A stretch of DNA of 60,169 bases, the filler included, from Porpidia crustulata (lineage: Eukaryota): NCBI GenBank assembly GCA_964255105.1. It is 7 parts of 7 records of this genome, joined end to end, with 100 filler letters (N's around TTAATTAATTAA, not from the genome) between each part and the next. Parts side by side here need not be neighbours in the genome. Positions count along the whole stretch, not along the records: positions 1 to 8,539 come from CAXUWE010001100.1; positions 8,640 to 17,178 come from CAXUWE010001101.1; 5 more parts are not named here. One strand, 5' to 3'. The notes beneath the pieces are model-generated. The model worked only from the letters and a program-made list of their open reading frames with translations, made no database searches and was not told the origin of the DNA. Each line of letters opens with the position of its first letter. The stretch's first letter is position 1. Shown here piece after piece: positions 1 to 11,492 of the stretch. The position numbers were made by a program, and so were the translations under genes.

Positions 1-173
1 AGTTCAAATTGCGGTTTAGACAATTCTGATGCTTTTGCTAGGCCCGTCATAATGCATTGATGGGATCGAAGCTTCAGATTTTTTACTTTGCTCCACGACT
101 TTATTCTGCCTTACCGTCTCGTCTTGTCTTTCTACATCATATCAAAAAGCGGGATTCAGTATTGATCAGGAAC

Positions 174-320
174 ACAACGGCACATTGTTTTCCCGAAAAC
201 ATAACGTTGATTTTTGAAGCTACCGAATGCGAATGCGTCTGTTGTACAAAACGACTTCTTACAACGGCGCGTGTTTTTCCCGAAAACATGACATTGAATT
301 CCTGAAGCTGACCGAATGCG
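174..320. repeat. Imperfect direct repeat of about 60 bp, two copies, period about 87 bp
   Basis: acaacggc..tgtttt.cccgaaaacat.ac.ttga.tt..tgaagct.accgaatgcg at 174 and 261. Confidence 0.7.
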
Positions 321-592
321 CTGGGTGTAAAAAAAGAACTCCTACACGTATGCTCATAAAGGAAAGCTGGAAAGATAGCTTATGTAGTCGGCCGAGCTTT
401 TGAAAACTCCGTCCGGTAGAGGACTCCATACATCGACTAAAAAAAGCTATCTTTTGATTACCTCCCACTGCCGTCCCGCGACCAGTGGTACCGATATCGA
501 TACGGGTCCTGAACGAAATCAGCACGCGGTCAAGAACCAAAGACGCCCTATATGGGACAGAGGGTTAAGAAACATACCATCTAGCAGCGTAT

Positions 593-907
593 CTATTTGA
601 TATGCTGGGCGACAATGTGTTGCATATCCTGGACCTCCTCGCTGGCCTTGCCCTTGGACGCGGCGATGGCGACGTTGGTGATCTGGATGATGTTGTGCTT
701 GCTCTTGGAGGCTTCGTATTTGTCGCTGGACCATTCCTTCATGTTGTCGAGGATGAGCTGCTCCTTGTCGTCGGGGACGTTGCCGTTCTTGGAGGTGCGC
801 GCGGTCTTGTCGCCGTCTTTGTATTTGGCGCTGTAGTTGATGCGGGCAGCGAAGACGTCGGCGGCGAGGAGGAGTAAGGCGAAGATGAGGACTTTGAGGT
901 TTAGCAT
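593..907 (-). CDS. Small secreted protein, 104 aa, no cysteine, unknown function
   Basis: ATG-to-stop ORF, hydrophobic signal peptide MLNLKVLIFALLLLAADVFA, codons biased to C/G third positions. Confidence 0.75.
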   Translation of the reverse strand: MLNLKVLIFALLLLAADVFAARINYSAKYKDGDKTARTSKNGNVPDDKEQLILDNMKEWSSDKYEASKSKHNIIQITNVAIAASKGKASEEVQDMQHIVAQHIK

Positions 908-1030
908 TTTGGGCGGGTGTGATAGGGGGCGTCTGGTGTGGGGTGGTTAGTGGTGAGGAGGTGGATCTGGATGTTGGTGATACGAACGGTGGTTTGGGTT
1001 TGGGGTTTGTCTTGGGGATTGGTGCGGTAG

Positions 1031-1093
1031 GTTCTTGTGAGTGTTGTTATGGATGTTCTTGTGAGTGTTGTTATGGATGTTCTTGTGAGTGTG
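1031..1093. repeat. 24-bp tandem repeat, about 2.6 copies
   Basis: gttcttgtgagtgttgttatggat starting at 1031, 1055 and (partial) 1079. Confidence 0.9.
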
Positions 1094-1140
1094 CTATTGA
1101 ATGGTCTTACAACAGGTCTTGGAACGGTTCTTATATACTA

Positions 1141-1932
1141 CTTCTCCTCCCTTCGTCTAGATCATATGACTCTGCAACGATCCCTTGAACCAACGCTTAC
1201 ACTGCTCGAGCTTGAGGCTATGTCGTTCCAACACTCATGTTTGTTTGAGACTATGTCGTTTCGAAGCGATCCATTGAATCGACATCGAAGGTACTCACAT
1301 GGAATTTTGTCACGATTCGTCGTTATAGCCTTGTTCGGCTTTCTTCACCTTGATTGTGTCATCGTGAAGCGATCATATTAAGTGATGTTTATATTGCTTG
1401 AGGCTGGGTTATCCTGAAATGATTATTCGAAACAATACTTGCGTGGCTAGAGATTATATTGCTTTGAAGTGATTCTTTGAACCAACACTCAAGATGCTTG
1501 ATTTGTCCTGTAGCCTTGTTCTTCTTTCTTCATCTCCATCATCTAATTCTGGAGCGATTTCTTGAACCAACTCTTACGTTATTGAGAGCTGTGCCGTCCT
1601 GAAATAATTATTGGAAACAACGCTTAGCTTGGTTGAGGTCGTATAATTCTCGAGTGATCCTTTGGACCGACGTTGGAGGTCCTTGCGTTGAGTCTTGTGA
1701 TGATTCATGTATCCTTATCCTCCTGTCTTCATCTCGGCCATCCCGATCATCTCATTCTCAGGCGATTTTTTGAAAGACGCTTGCGCCATTTGAGGATATT
1801 TCATCACGTAATGTCTATTTGAAACAACGCTCACGTTGCTGGAGGCTGTGTCATTCTCGAGCGGTTTGTTTGACCAACGCTCATGTCGCTTGGAGCGGTG
1901 GCATTTTAAAGCGAATCTTCCAACCAACACTT
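1141..1932. repeat. Degenerate higher-order tandem repeat (about 185-bp units containing about 48-bp subunits)
   Basis: tagccttgttc..ctttcttca at 1326 and 1511; recurrent gat..cttgaaccaac.ctt/ctc and tcctgaaat.attatt.gaaacaa motifs. Confidence 0.6.
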
Positions 1933-2217
1933 CATTTGGTAAGGACCATCAGCACCGGGCAGTGCAAGAGGTGGGCAAACCAACACAAAATGTGCGAGAG
2001 TAGAAGGTGAGAAGTAGATCAGGACAACCAGGAGGCTGAAACGTCCGCGGTGCGGATCTGCGGCGGAGCTAGTAAGCGCTACCCGTACTCAATGAGCTGA
2101 CGAGAGCCGCAGTACGCAAGTCTAATGCTCAAGACCTCTCGTCCTCATACATCACCCCCATAAGGGAATTTTCATTTACTCACGCACAGCCGCATAATTC
2201 AAGTCTTCCCAAAGACC

Positions 2218-3063
2218 ATGGCAGCAGCAGTAACCAACTCTTCTACATTTCCGCTCTTCTCGAGCCTCGCCCCAGAGCTACGCAACCAGATATGGGGCGA
2301 CGCCCTGCCTGACAAAGTCGGGCCAGCCTTGCATTTCTATAGAAAGGGGTGTTGGTGTCCCCGACGCCTATCAGAATCCGACGAGGGGTATGATCTAGAA
2401 AATGACGAAAACAATCTGAACTTCGAGTTCTGCCACGGCTTGTTGGACGATGTGCTATTCGAGGTACCGATAATCTTCGTCAATCGCGAGGCCCGTGGTA
2501 TCGCCATAGCCTGGGTTCTCGAGCAGGGTATCGAGATACGTTCCGGAGAGGATGGACAGTACCCAGTCTTTGTGCGCCCTTTTGACCCAGTACGTGATGC
2601 GCTATACATTGAACTTGACAAATGGAACGACTTTCTCCGGGAGCCTGATGATCGACAAGATCAACCAGATATCTTTGGACAGCTTGTCGACGTCAAACCC
2701 AATCTCACACGAATTGCCATACCTGAGGCGCTACTTCGGAATCAGGTCGACACACTATCCGAGATGTTTCGCTATTTCTTTCATCTAGAAGTGTTATTCA
2801 TTATCGTCGACGCGCAACCGGATCTGCAGTCCTTGGATAGTGACGCGAAGGCGCAGCGGCGATGGGAGTTTGAAAGCACTCAGGGAGGGGCGTTCTTTTG
2901 GAACGAAGATCGTGGCGGCTTTGACTTTCAGGGTAGCAAGTACATCGGCAACGAAGCCCTGTACAGGCTGATAGAAGAGGCCAGCAAAGAGTTAGGCGAT
3001 GGACTTGCCAAGAACCACATCCACAGTTTTGAGATCAGGCCTGTCTTTGCCGTCAGAAGGTGA
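2218..3063 (+). CDS. 2EXR (F-box-like N-terminal) domain protein
   Basis: 281-aa ORF beginning with the characteristic FPLFSSLAPELRNQIW motif and a later VNREAR motif. Confidence 0.8.
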   Translation: MAAAVTNSSTFPLFSSLAPELRNQIWGDALPDKVGPALHFYRKGCWCPRRLSESDEGYDLENDENNLNFEFCHGLLDDVLFEVPIIFVNREARGIAIAWVLEQGIEIRSGEDGQYPVFVRPFDPVRDALYIELDKWNDFLREPDDRQDQPDIFGQLVDVKPNLTRIAIPEALLRNQVDTLSEMFRYFFHLEVLFIIVDAQPDLQSLDSDAKAQRRWEFESTQGGAFFWNEDRGGFDFQGSKYIGNEALYRLIEEASKELGDGLAKNHIHSFEIRPVFAVRR

Positions 3064-4749
3064 TTGGGGTTCGCTTGCGTCGGACCTAAACGAGGTGGGT
3101 TCGAATGAGAGGGGCCTAAGCCAGCCGGATAAGTTGAGCATGAATGAAATTGGCGCGAGCAGCATGAGCTCGGAGCAGGCATCATTATTACCGTGCGATA
3201 AAGAGAAACACAATGAGCCCCCCTGGCAGGCTGAATCGGATTTGTCTGGCTGTATTATACATGACTTTTGCAGCCCTATTCTCGAATGTGTGGCCCACCT
3301 CCCTATCTGAGTTGAGTGATGTGGTTATAATAGAGAGCGAAGCGTCTCTGCAGCCCTGCCTGCTCCTTGAAAAGACAGCTTATCTGCTGACTGGACCGAT
3401 TCGCTCCTTTCTTTACAGCATGCTAGATCGCTGGTGAAAGGCTGAGCGGATGGAAGTGGGCTGAGGATAGCCGTGGGCCTCGCTGCTGCGCATTTGCTCA
3501 TATCTCGAGGTACTACGAGTGAAGGAGAGGTGTGAGAAGGCTTGGGAGGATGTTTCGGGCGTTGCTGTCGAGCAGTTTCCTAGTTCCGAGCGTTTGTATA
3601 AGGACTCTGGCTACGGGGAGAGGAAGCTGGTCGTAGAACAGGGGATTCGGCGCTTCATCTGCCTAGCTAGCCGGCTGGCTAGCAAAAGCTGGACAGAATG
3701 TACTAGTGGCTACTCGCTACCGTGCTACTCCTTCGTTCGGTAGCATATTCGTATATCCGTTGCTGTTGTTGATGCAACTGCCATCACTTTCTGCTGCCAA
3801 CTAGTGCTGGTGTCCTCAAATTCCACTTGAAGATGCGAAACCTCCTCGTTCTACACGAACAAGAGCATCGCCTTCAGCTATTAGCTAGATGAGGGTGAGT
3901 GGGGCCTCATTAATAGCCAGAAGAAGGCGGCCACGAAGGCCACTTGCAGGGCTGGTCTCGACGCAAGGTGGAGTACTCCAAGAACGCTCCGAGATACTCA
4001 AACAGCAAGCTCATCTCACGCCCCTCTGCCAATACAGCATGGGCCATTCAATGACTGAATCCAGCACCATCCTGCTTTGTTCCAAAGGTAAGCTTACCTG
4101 ACGATCGGACCGTCATTGGACGCTATTTTATCGGCGACACCCACGCGAAGTACCGCAAGGCTTCCCATTGAAGAAAAGCATCTGGCCGCTGTCGCCGTTA
4201 GGCTAGTTCAGTAATAACTGTTTTCAGGCCGCCCAGAACGAGTTAGAATGAAAGCAGTGGTGAAGTTTGAAAGGAAGTCCACGCCGTTCAACAACAATAC
4301 GGCGTCCGTATCGTCGTTTCAAAAACACACACATCTAGATCCAACAGTGGCGTGAAGAAGGCGAGTGGCTAGCTTAGAGGGGAGTATTCGCTTTTGGTTT
4401 TCTTGCAATGCCTCGGACATGTTTCGAGTCCAAGCGCTTCGACGAGTTCAAGTTGGACTGTCTAGTCTCTGCACTAATTGAGCATGAGCTGGTCCAAATT
4501 ATCGAACATCAGCTTAGTTCTGGAAGGAAGTGTTGTCTTGACGGTCGCAATGACTGCAACTCTCCACCCCGTCCGTGGCACGATCCTCAGCCCCAGCCCG
4601 CTGGACGTTGAAGCCGGTAGCAATTTTGATAGCCAATGGTCTACAGCAGCCATCAAATCTTTCCGAAAAATTACTGACTAACTACAGCGCTAGCGATAAA
4701 CCGTGAGCAGTTTTCGTTTTCAAAACCAATCGCGAACCGGGCGCGTCCG

Positions 4750-4864
4750 TAGTCATACATACCCCTAGTTCGGCCACACCCTTAGTTCGGTCACCAGAGT
4801 AAAGGATTAGGGTCACGTGATCAATCAGGAGTCAGTATGACCGAACTAGGGGCATGTATGAGTA
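4750..4864. mobile_element. MITE, Tc1/mariner-pogo-like, TA-flanked
   Basis: About 27-bp terminal inverted repeats tagtcatacatacccctagttcggcca / tgaccgaactaggggcatgtatgagta; duplicated subterminal ccc.tagttcgg.ca. Confidence 0.8.
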
Positions 4865-5536
4865 CCTACACACAAACTGTCCGCGTCGTAAGGTGCTGCT
4901 CTCCCCCCAGGTTTAGGCTGCCGTCACAACACTTGAACGCTCTCTCCCCGTTAGTGTAAATGCACCTCCGTATCCTGCTCTCCTGGTAATCTTCGCAATG
5001 TTTCCATCCTTACCGGACCTCGAGCAGGCTCCTACAGAGCGAGGCGGTGCAACGGTCCATGGCGCCTGACAAGTTGAAGGCCTCCTCCTAGCCTTTCCCT
5101 CTCCCTCTTTTTACTTCCTCTTTACCTTCAAAATATCGCTTTTGTTGTTTGTGCGATATATGTATTGAGAGTATTCGAGCCCAGGATCATCCGCATTGTC
5201 GATAATTAAAAGTCAGCGTTCGCTTTTACGGACCAGCGATGACGTTACGTTTTCAACATTCGGCTCGAATATACCACATCATTGTCCAATATCGATATAT
5301 TCGCAAAGGCCGAGTGAACAGACATGATTGGATCGACTAGTCGGCCAGTGGAGTTCAAAGATTTCGTTACCCAGATAGGTGTGAAGTCAATGCTCTAGAA
5401 GTAATCTATTGTAGCGAGGAAGGGGGGGGCTTATGCACTCGAGAAGGTGTCAAGGTAAAGCCTTCTATATTAAATAGAGTTAATTACGAATGGGTTGTCT
5501 TTGGAGGGATAAATCTCTTGCCTGAACAGTAGTCTT

Positions 5537-7996
5537 CTATACAAGTTCCTTGGGGCCAGAGCCGGAGTCTACCGCATGCAAAAGCTGCTGAGCAAGCTTC
5601 TCGCAGCGGGTGAACCATTGATCTGGATTTTCCGACAAAATGAACACCGAGTCGAATCCCCCATGTGCCAGCTCGCTATCCTTATTCTTGTCTCGTCTAA
5701 ATCTTGCTCTCTCGAGCATTCCATCAATGGCCGCCTGTCTGATAGGAATGTTTTTTTGAACGGAGGATAATATCCCTAATATTACTCCATCGCCGAACCC
5801 AGCCACCATGTTGAGGAAACCTGGATCGGCTAAAATCTGGATTTGGTCAGGGGCCTTGGAAAGTAGTAAAGTGTGCAAAGCCCGATAATTTTTGTAGCAG
5901 ACTGTATAATAAAAAACGGTGGCCCCGTAATCGTCAGATATATTCATGTTTGCCCCGTTTTCAACTAGAACTCTGATATTTTGAGGGCAATCCGTTTTCG
6001 CGTGGCAATATGAAGCTGTCAGCCTAGCGGCACATTTGGCTTCGAAGACTGCTCCACTTCGGATTAGAGTTTTTAGAGTAGCCGGTCCACCCCTCACGCA
6101 TCCGGCTGCAATAATAAGTGGTGTTTGGCCTTGGTGATCTTTGGAATCAATATGGGCTTTCGCATCAATTAAAAGCTGCACACATTGCCAATTTGCAGCT
6201 CCAGCAGACCAATCTAAAGGAGTCATACTCTCTTGATCTGCTTTGTTAGGATTGGCGCCACAAATGAGTAGAGTGTTCATTGTATCAAAGTCTCCTTTGT
6301 TTGCTGCCCATGACAATGTCGTTCTGCCATAATGATCGACCGAATCGATTTCTGATCTGTCAATTGAGTTTAAGACTGTATCGAATGTCACTTTGGAAAG
6401 CCGGAAGTATGCTCTGTGTAAGTCTGGGAAGCCAAATATGCTTAAATGTGATTGATCGAAGAGGTTTGAGAACCTTTCTTGTAAGAAAGTTTGGCCCCTA
6501 ATAAGTGCCTCGCTCCAGAAGATTGAGTAGGGCGATCTAAACAAAATTCAGTAATGAAACACGATGAGTGGACATTGGAGACGATCATCCACAGGCCATA
6601 TCTGTCTTGATAGAACATGTCCGCTCCTAAAGTCATAAGCATTTCCGCCATCTCATACTGCTTGGCAAGGACTGCAGCCTGATTTCAATTAGCTGTTTTA
6701 AGCCTCGAAAGTATCAAATTGAGATCTAAGCAAAACGATATAGACTATGTGTCATACATGAAGAAGGGTCCGTCCGTCGTTTGTAACATCAAGCACAGAT
6801 GCTTCAGCGTTATCCATAAGCCCTTTTAAAACCGACTGACACGGATTGCTCTCTCCGAAACAATCATAAACCCAAGAAAACGCAGGCGCTCTTAAGGATC
6901 GTACTCTCATGATCCTGAGGACTAATTCTGGGCCACTTGAATAGGTATATGTGATAGACGCAAATAAAGCTCGTTTGATTAACCACGGTGGGAAAGCATA
7001 GATATAAGTGAAACAAGCATTCCCAGCCCGACATTGCGGATCGTTACAAGCTTGAGTACACCAAGGTCTAATTCTGTAACCGATGAACAATGAACCTATA
7101 GTGTTATTCAGAAATGATGGACTCCGCGCAAATTTAATTTTGTGGCAAACGCAAAGGCAGTCGAGGCTGCAAGATCTTGATGAAGTTACCGAGAAAAGGG
7201 TTCGACTTGGTAAAGCATCGCCTACTTGGTCAACGTATTTAGTGTCTCGTGACAAAGACGCGGAGTCTTTGTCTGTTACTGCATCATCGAAGGTTTCAGA
7301 AGCCTTTATTTCGCCATCCGATGGGCTTACCCGAGTGATACAACTTTGGTTTGACAAAGGATGGTAATGAGTCAGTCGCCTCTGCTTGACGCCAGACCCC
7401 CGTTGTCTAACCTCAGGATATGTCAGCTGGTCAACAAGGTTCTTAAATACCCCTTTTATTTGGCAACCGAAATCTTCCATAGATACAACCACCTGGCGAG
7501 CGTGGGTATCGGCTTCGAGACCACAGGATCTTATAGATTGGTTTGTGAAACCTAATTTTTACCGTTAATCGGCTCACGATGCCAAAATATTTAAAGATAC
7601 GGACAAAGCAAGCCTATCGGATTTCATGCTTTTTTTCAGTATTTTTACCTTCTCTTTCGCGCGAATCCATCTTGATTTGTCGATTCGAAGCGTCCCATCT
7701 GATGTAATGACAGTCAAATCATACGCAACAAAGCTTTCGACAGCTAAAATTGTAGTCTTAGTTTGCTCAAATGCCATTTTCAAGCTTATTGGGGGCGTTA
7801 TATTTGCTGTATAAAGTTGCTCCAAAAGTACCTGAACATCTTGTATAATGAGCTCAACCTCGTTGACTTCATTATTGAGTGCGAGTAAGGCATCTGGGGC
7901 AGTCTTCAATTCAAGTACACGCTTTAGGCCTCTAGCCAAGTTTCCGCCTGCACCAGCAACGGCCAATATACTAGCCGTAATTGAGAGTGGGTCCAT
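5537..7996 (-). CDS. Multi-exon protein: HeLo-like/fungal N-terminal domain + Cys-rich central region + ankyrin repeats
   Basis: N-terminus MDPLSITASILAVAG; middle exon CSLDCLCVCH..CNDPQC..YAFPPWL; C-terminal ankyrin motifs GRTTLSWAA, TPLDWSA, GQTPLIIAA; GT-AG introns join ORFs 7574-7996, 6752-7492, 6442-6651 and 5537-6544. Confidence 0.8.
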
Positions 7997-8407
7997 AGAG
8001 AGCTGGTTACGCTGAGGACTAGTTCCCAGCGATGAAATATGTGTGCCCGCAGAATTCGACAGAGTAGGTTCTTCGATGAAAAGAAAGCTTGAAAAGGAGG
8101 ATGTGACATATTGCGGTGAGGCTTAGCGTTAAGCTTGCATAACACACAGAAGCCACGCCTCATACGCCGTACTTGAGATGGAAGTGTTAAGCTGGGGGAT
8201 TTGATGTTGAATTCAACTCCTCAATAGTTAGTCTATAACTGTAGATACACCTTGGTATTCAGTATTCAGTATTCTTCACATCACTATATACCTTCTAGAG
8301 TTACTATTCGATAACCCTAACAATTGGTTCTCGGGAGCGAATTCTCTGCAGAACATCCGGGCTACAGTCCAGGCAGCCATCAAATCCTTCTGAAAATTAC
8401 CGATCAA

Positions 8408-8520
8408 TACACGTATACACCCCTCAAATGGTCAACCCAACTCTAATTTCAAAATTAACCCTAACCCTAGGCCGGTTGACCATTTGAGGGGTGTGACCAT
8501 TTGAGGGGTATATACGAGTA
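8408..8520. mobile_element. MITE, TA-flanked, with internal telomere-like CCCTAACCCTAGG
   Basis: TIRs tacacgtatacacccctcaaatggtca / tgaccatttgaggggtatatacgagta; subterminal repeat doubled at the right end. Confidence 0.85.
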
Positions 8521-8539
8521 AAGACAAATCAGACGTCGG

Positions 8540-8639
8540 NNNNNNNNNNNNNNNNNNNNNNNNNNNNNNNNNNNNNNNNNNNNTTAATTAATTAANNNNN
8601 NNNNNNNNNNNNNNNNNNNNNNNNNNNNNNNNNNNNNNN
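8540..8639. other. Artificial contig spacer
   Basis: 44 N + TTAATTAATTAA (stops in all six frames) + 44 N. Confidence 0.98.
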
Positions 8640-10344
8640 GGCGGGGGAGGATGCGGGACTCGGCGATGCCTTCTTCGTCGGAGACGCCGCTGAAGGTATT
8701 GAGCGGGGGCCCACCGCGCGATTCGCCGACGATGTACTCTTCCCAGCTCGGGACGCGACCGTCAGCGCGGAAGAAGTGGGATCGGTTCTGCGGGAAGTGC
8801 TTGTTGCCAAACTCCTCGTTGGAGATCGTAAACATGGCCGGCGTGAAATGCTTATTATACGGCTGGCCTTTGCCACCGACGTTGCCGGCGCCCCAGCAGC
8901 AGTCGATAAGCTTCCATTCGCCGTTGTCGATTTTGACGGCGTTCCAGGCGTGGCCTTGGGATTCGCGGGGAAGAGGAGCACCAGGGGGTAAAGTAGAGAA
9001 GCCGTAGCCTTTGCCATGGCCGCCTACTACGACGGATTCCAGACCGGCTTTTGAGGCGATGGCCGTGAAGAGACCAGCATAGCCTTCGCAAACCGCGAGA
9101 CCTGTGGAGAGGGTGGAGCCAGGGGTGGAGGGCTTGACGGCATTGTTGAAAAAGGCAACGACGTCGTAGGATATATTGTGGTGAAGCCAGGTAAAGATTG
9201 CACGGGCTTTGTCGGTTAGGGATGGGAATGGGGCTGTCAATTGGGCTGCCAGCCAGTCAATTGAGGGGACGGAATGACGAGGAAACTTCGCGGCGTGGGT
9301 GTCTGGGCCTGAAAAGTCACGACATTGCAAGCATGACTGGGCGGGGGGTTGCGCTTGGATTCCGGCTTGTGCTTTCGGCTTGGTGCTCTGCAATTTTGAA
9401 AGATCCGGTCGAGATGACAGAGGAATTGGAGGAGGAGCTCCATTTGTATATGGAGCTGTTTGACCCGGGATATTGCCGTTCGTTCCAGAGGTCCCTTGGC
9501 CTTTGTTCATTCCATAGGATAGAGCAGACCTTCTTGCTGGCATTGGGGGAGGCTGTTCAAGTCTTTCTGGAGCCCCTCCAGAATCCTTCCGGGCCGGTCT
9601 TCGCGGAGGAAGTGAAGGCGTGGTGGGCGGAGTTGGCTTTTCCACCAACGCAACGCTAGGCGTTGATTTCGAGCTCCTATAAGGCACCCTTGACTTTTCT
9701 ATGTCATTATACCGTCTCTCTATGTCTGCTTTTGTACGCTTGGGAGGGAGAGGCGGTAACGCATTGGCATCGAAGACTGGGGGCACCATCCTTCCCGAGT
9801 CTATAGAAGAAGTCCTGGACTTTGCCGTCCTCGAGGTTCCGTTTGATAATGTAGATATCGACGCTCCTCTTGACGTCGATGTCCTCGCGGTTCCGTTTGA
9901 CAGTGCAGAGATTGAAGATATATTTGACTTCAAAGATGATATGGATTCTGTGGAGTCTCGCCTAGTAAGCTGCTGTTCTGGCGGTCTTCTTGGTGGCAAC
10001 GCGGGAGTAGCTTGACTGCATCGTTCTCGAGGAGGTAGCCTAGGTGGAGGTGGAGGTTTTGCTTTTGGATGAGGTTCTGCTTGTCCAGTGCGGGTAATTC
10101 CAGGAGGGGGAAGTATGCCTTCACGTCTAGGTCCGTGGGGCTCATTGCCAATTCCATCTTTTGTGTGGTCGTTGTGAGTCGAAGTCGGAGGTAAGTTGGC
10201 AGTTTTCCTTCGATCAAGTGAAGGTCTTTCCAAGCTTGACTCATTCGTAGCTGACGCAGTGATGGGCGCTCTACCGAGATGACCTACATTCAGGGCTGCA
10301 ATGCGTGCGTGAATGGACTGGACTTGGAGGCCTTCTTCAGCCAT
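8640..10344 (-). CDS. Transglutaminase-like (Cyk3/kyphoscoliosis peptidase-type) domain protein with Pro-rich N-terminus; 3'-truncated by contig end
   Basis: KARAIFTWLHHNISYD, AVCEGYAGLF (Cys), GHAWNAVKI (His), WKLIDCCWGAG (Asp). Confidence 0.88.
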
Positions 10345-11492
10345 TGCGTCAGCTTAAATAGAACTTAATAGGATTGCCTTAAACTGATCGCTAGCAAAGT
10401 GCCTGCAACTAACGAGCGTGGTGGATTGAAGTATGAGTGTAATGTAGGTGCAAACGAGTGAAAGGCGACCGATCAGGTTATCTATCCAGACGAGGCAGGC
10501 TGTGCATGCCCAATCCTTCCGAATTTACAGGAACATCGGAACGTTTCCATCACACGACGTGACGACCTAGGCCCGCCGTTGCACACACGGCAGCAAGGTC
10601 ATCTCGATGAGTTGCTCTCATAAAAATGGGTTGATTTAAGGACTATAAATTTATAATAATTATGGCTGAAGACTCAGGCTTTGGCATCTTGTAGGGCTGA
10701 CTAGCGTCCCCAATTTCTATTACTCTCCACTCTCTGATATATCCTTTATACAGTGCTGATAGTAAACGATGTATCAATCTCACGAGGAGTGATATATGGC
10801 CACTGGAACTATCTCTCGGCTCCTTCCATCCCTGTTTGGGGTGTAACATGGGTTCTGCGTAAAGTTGACCTCGAGGAAACAGATACTCTACACAACAAAG
10901 TATCACTGATAACCGCACACACGATTATGGAAAGGTTTGAGAGCAGGAAAGATAAATATCGTCTGTGCTTAAATTCCAAGCTGGATGAGCCGGTGCTGCA
11001 ATTCTTATGGTTGTGTTTGAGATCGGCTGTGTCAAACGACATGAATGCAAATACGCCGCCAGTCCTGGACTAGCACCCTATAGACACAAGTTCTAACGAG
11101 TAAAATGGTCGACAATTGCTTTTACTAGGACGACCATCGAACCGCAACCATTCCAATATGTTCGTTCCAAATATTCTTGACCGTCCCTGGACAAGGGTTC
11201 ATAGAATGTAATAGACACTCTTCGTAATTCGTGAAAGCGTATCAAAGCAGATCCAAACCCTAAACCCCAGGTATAAAGTATGTAAGTAGAAGAGGATTTT
11301 TTGTCGCAACTTTTCGAAATATGCAAGAATTATACAAGCGTCGAATCAATAGAAAACGATCCGCCCGACTGGCAAAATCCTAAAGCGGAAACATGCACGG
11401 TCGAAGGGCCAAACGCATCGGGGTATAGGGTCACATAGGTCATTGGTGCCGTGTCGTATATGCTGGAGACATGTGCAATTGGACTGTGGTGA

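Noticed and set aside
919..1188. Cys-rich metallothionein-like ORF (GSCECCYGCSCECCYG)
   Set aside because: A by-product of the 24-bp tandem repeat, non-ATG start, and it lies in the 5' region of the opposite-strand gene
3200..4400. Decayed coding sequence rich in CTAG/TAG
   Set aside because: Could not assign a frame or family
8584..8595. Recurrent TTAATTAATTAA palindrome as a biological motif
   Set aside because: Always centred in N-runs; a synthetic six-frame-stop linker
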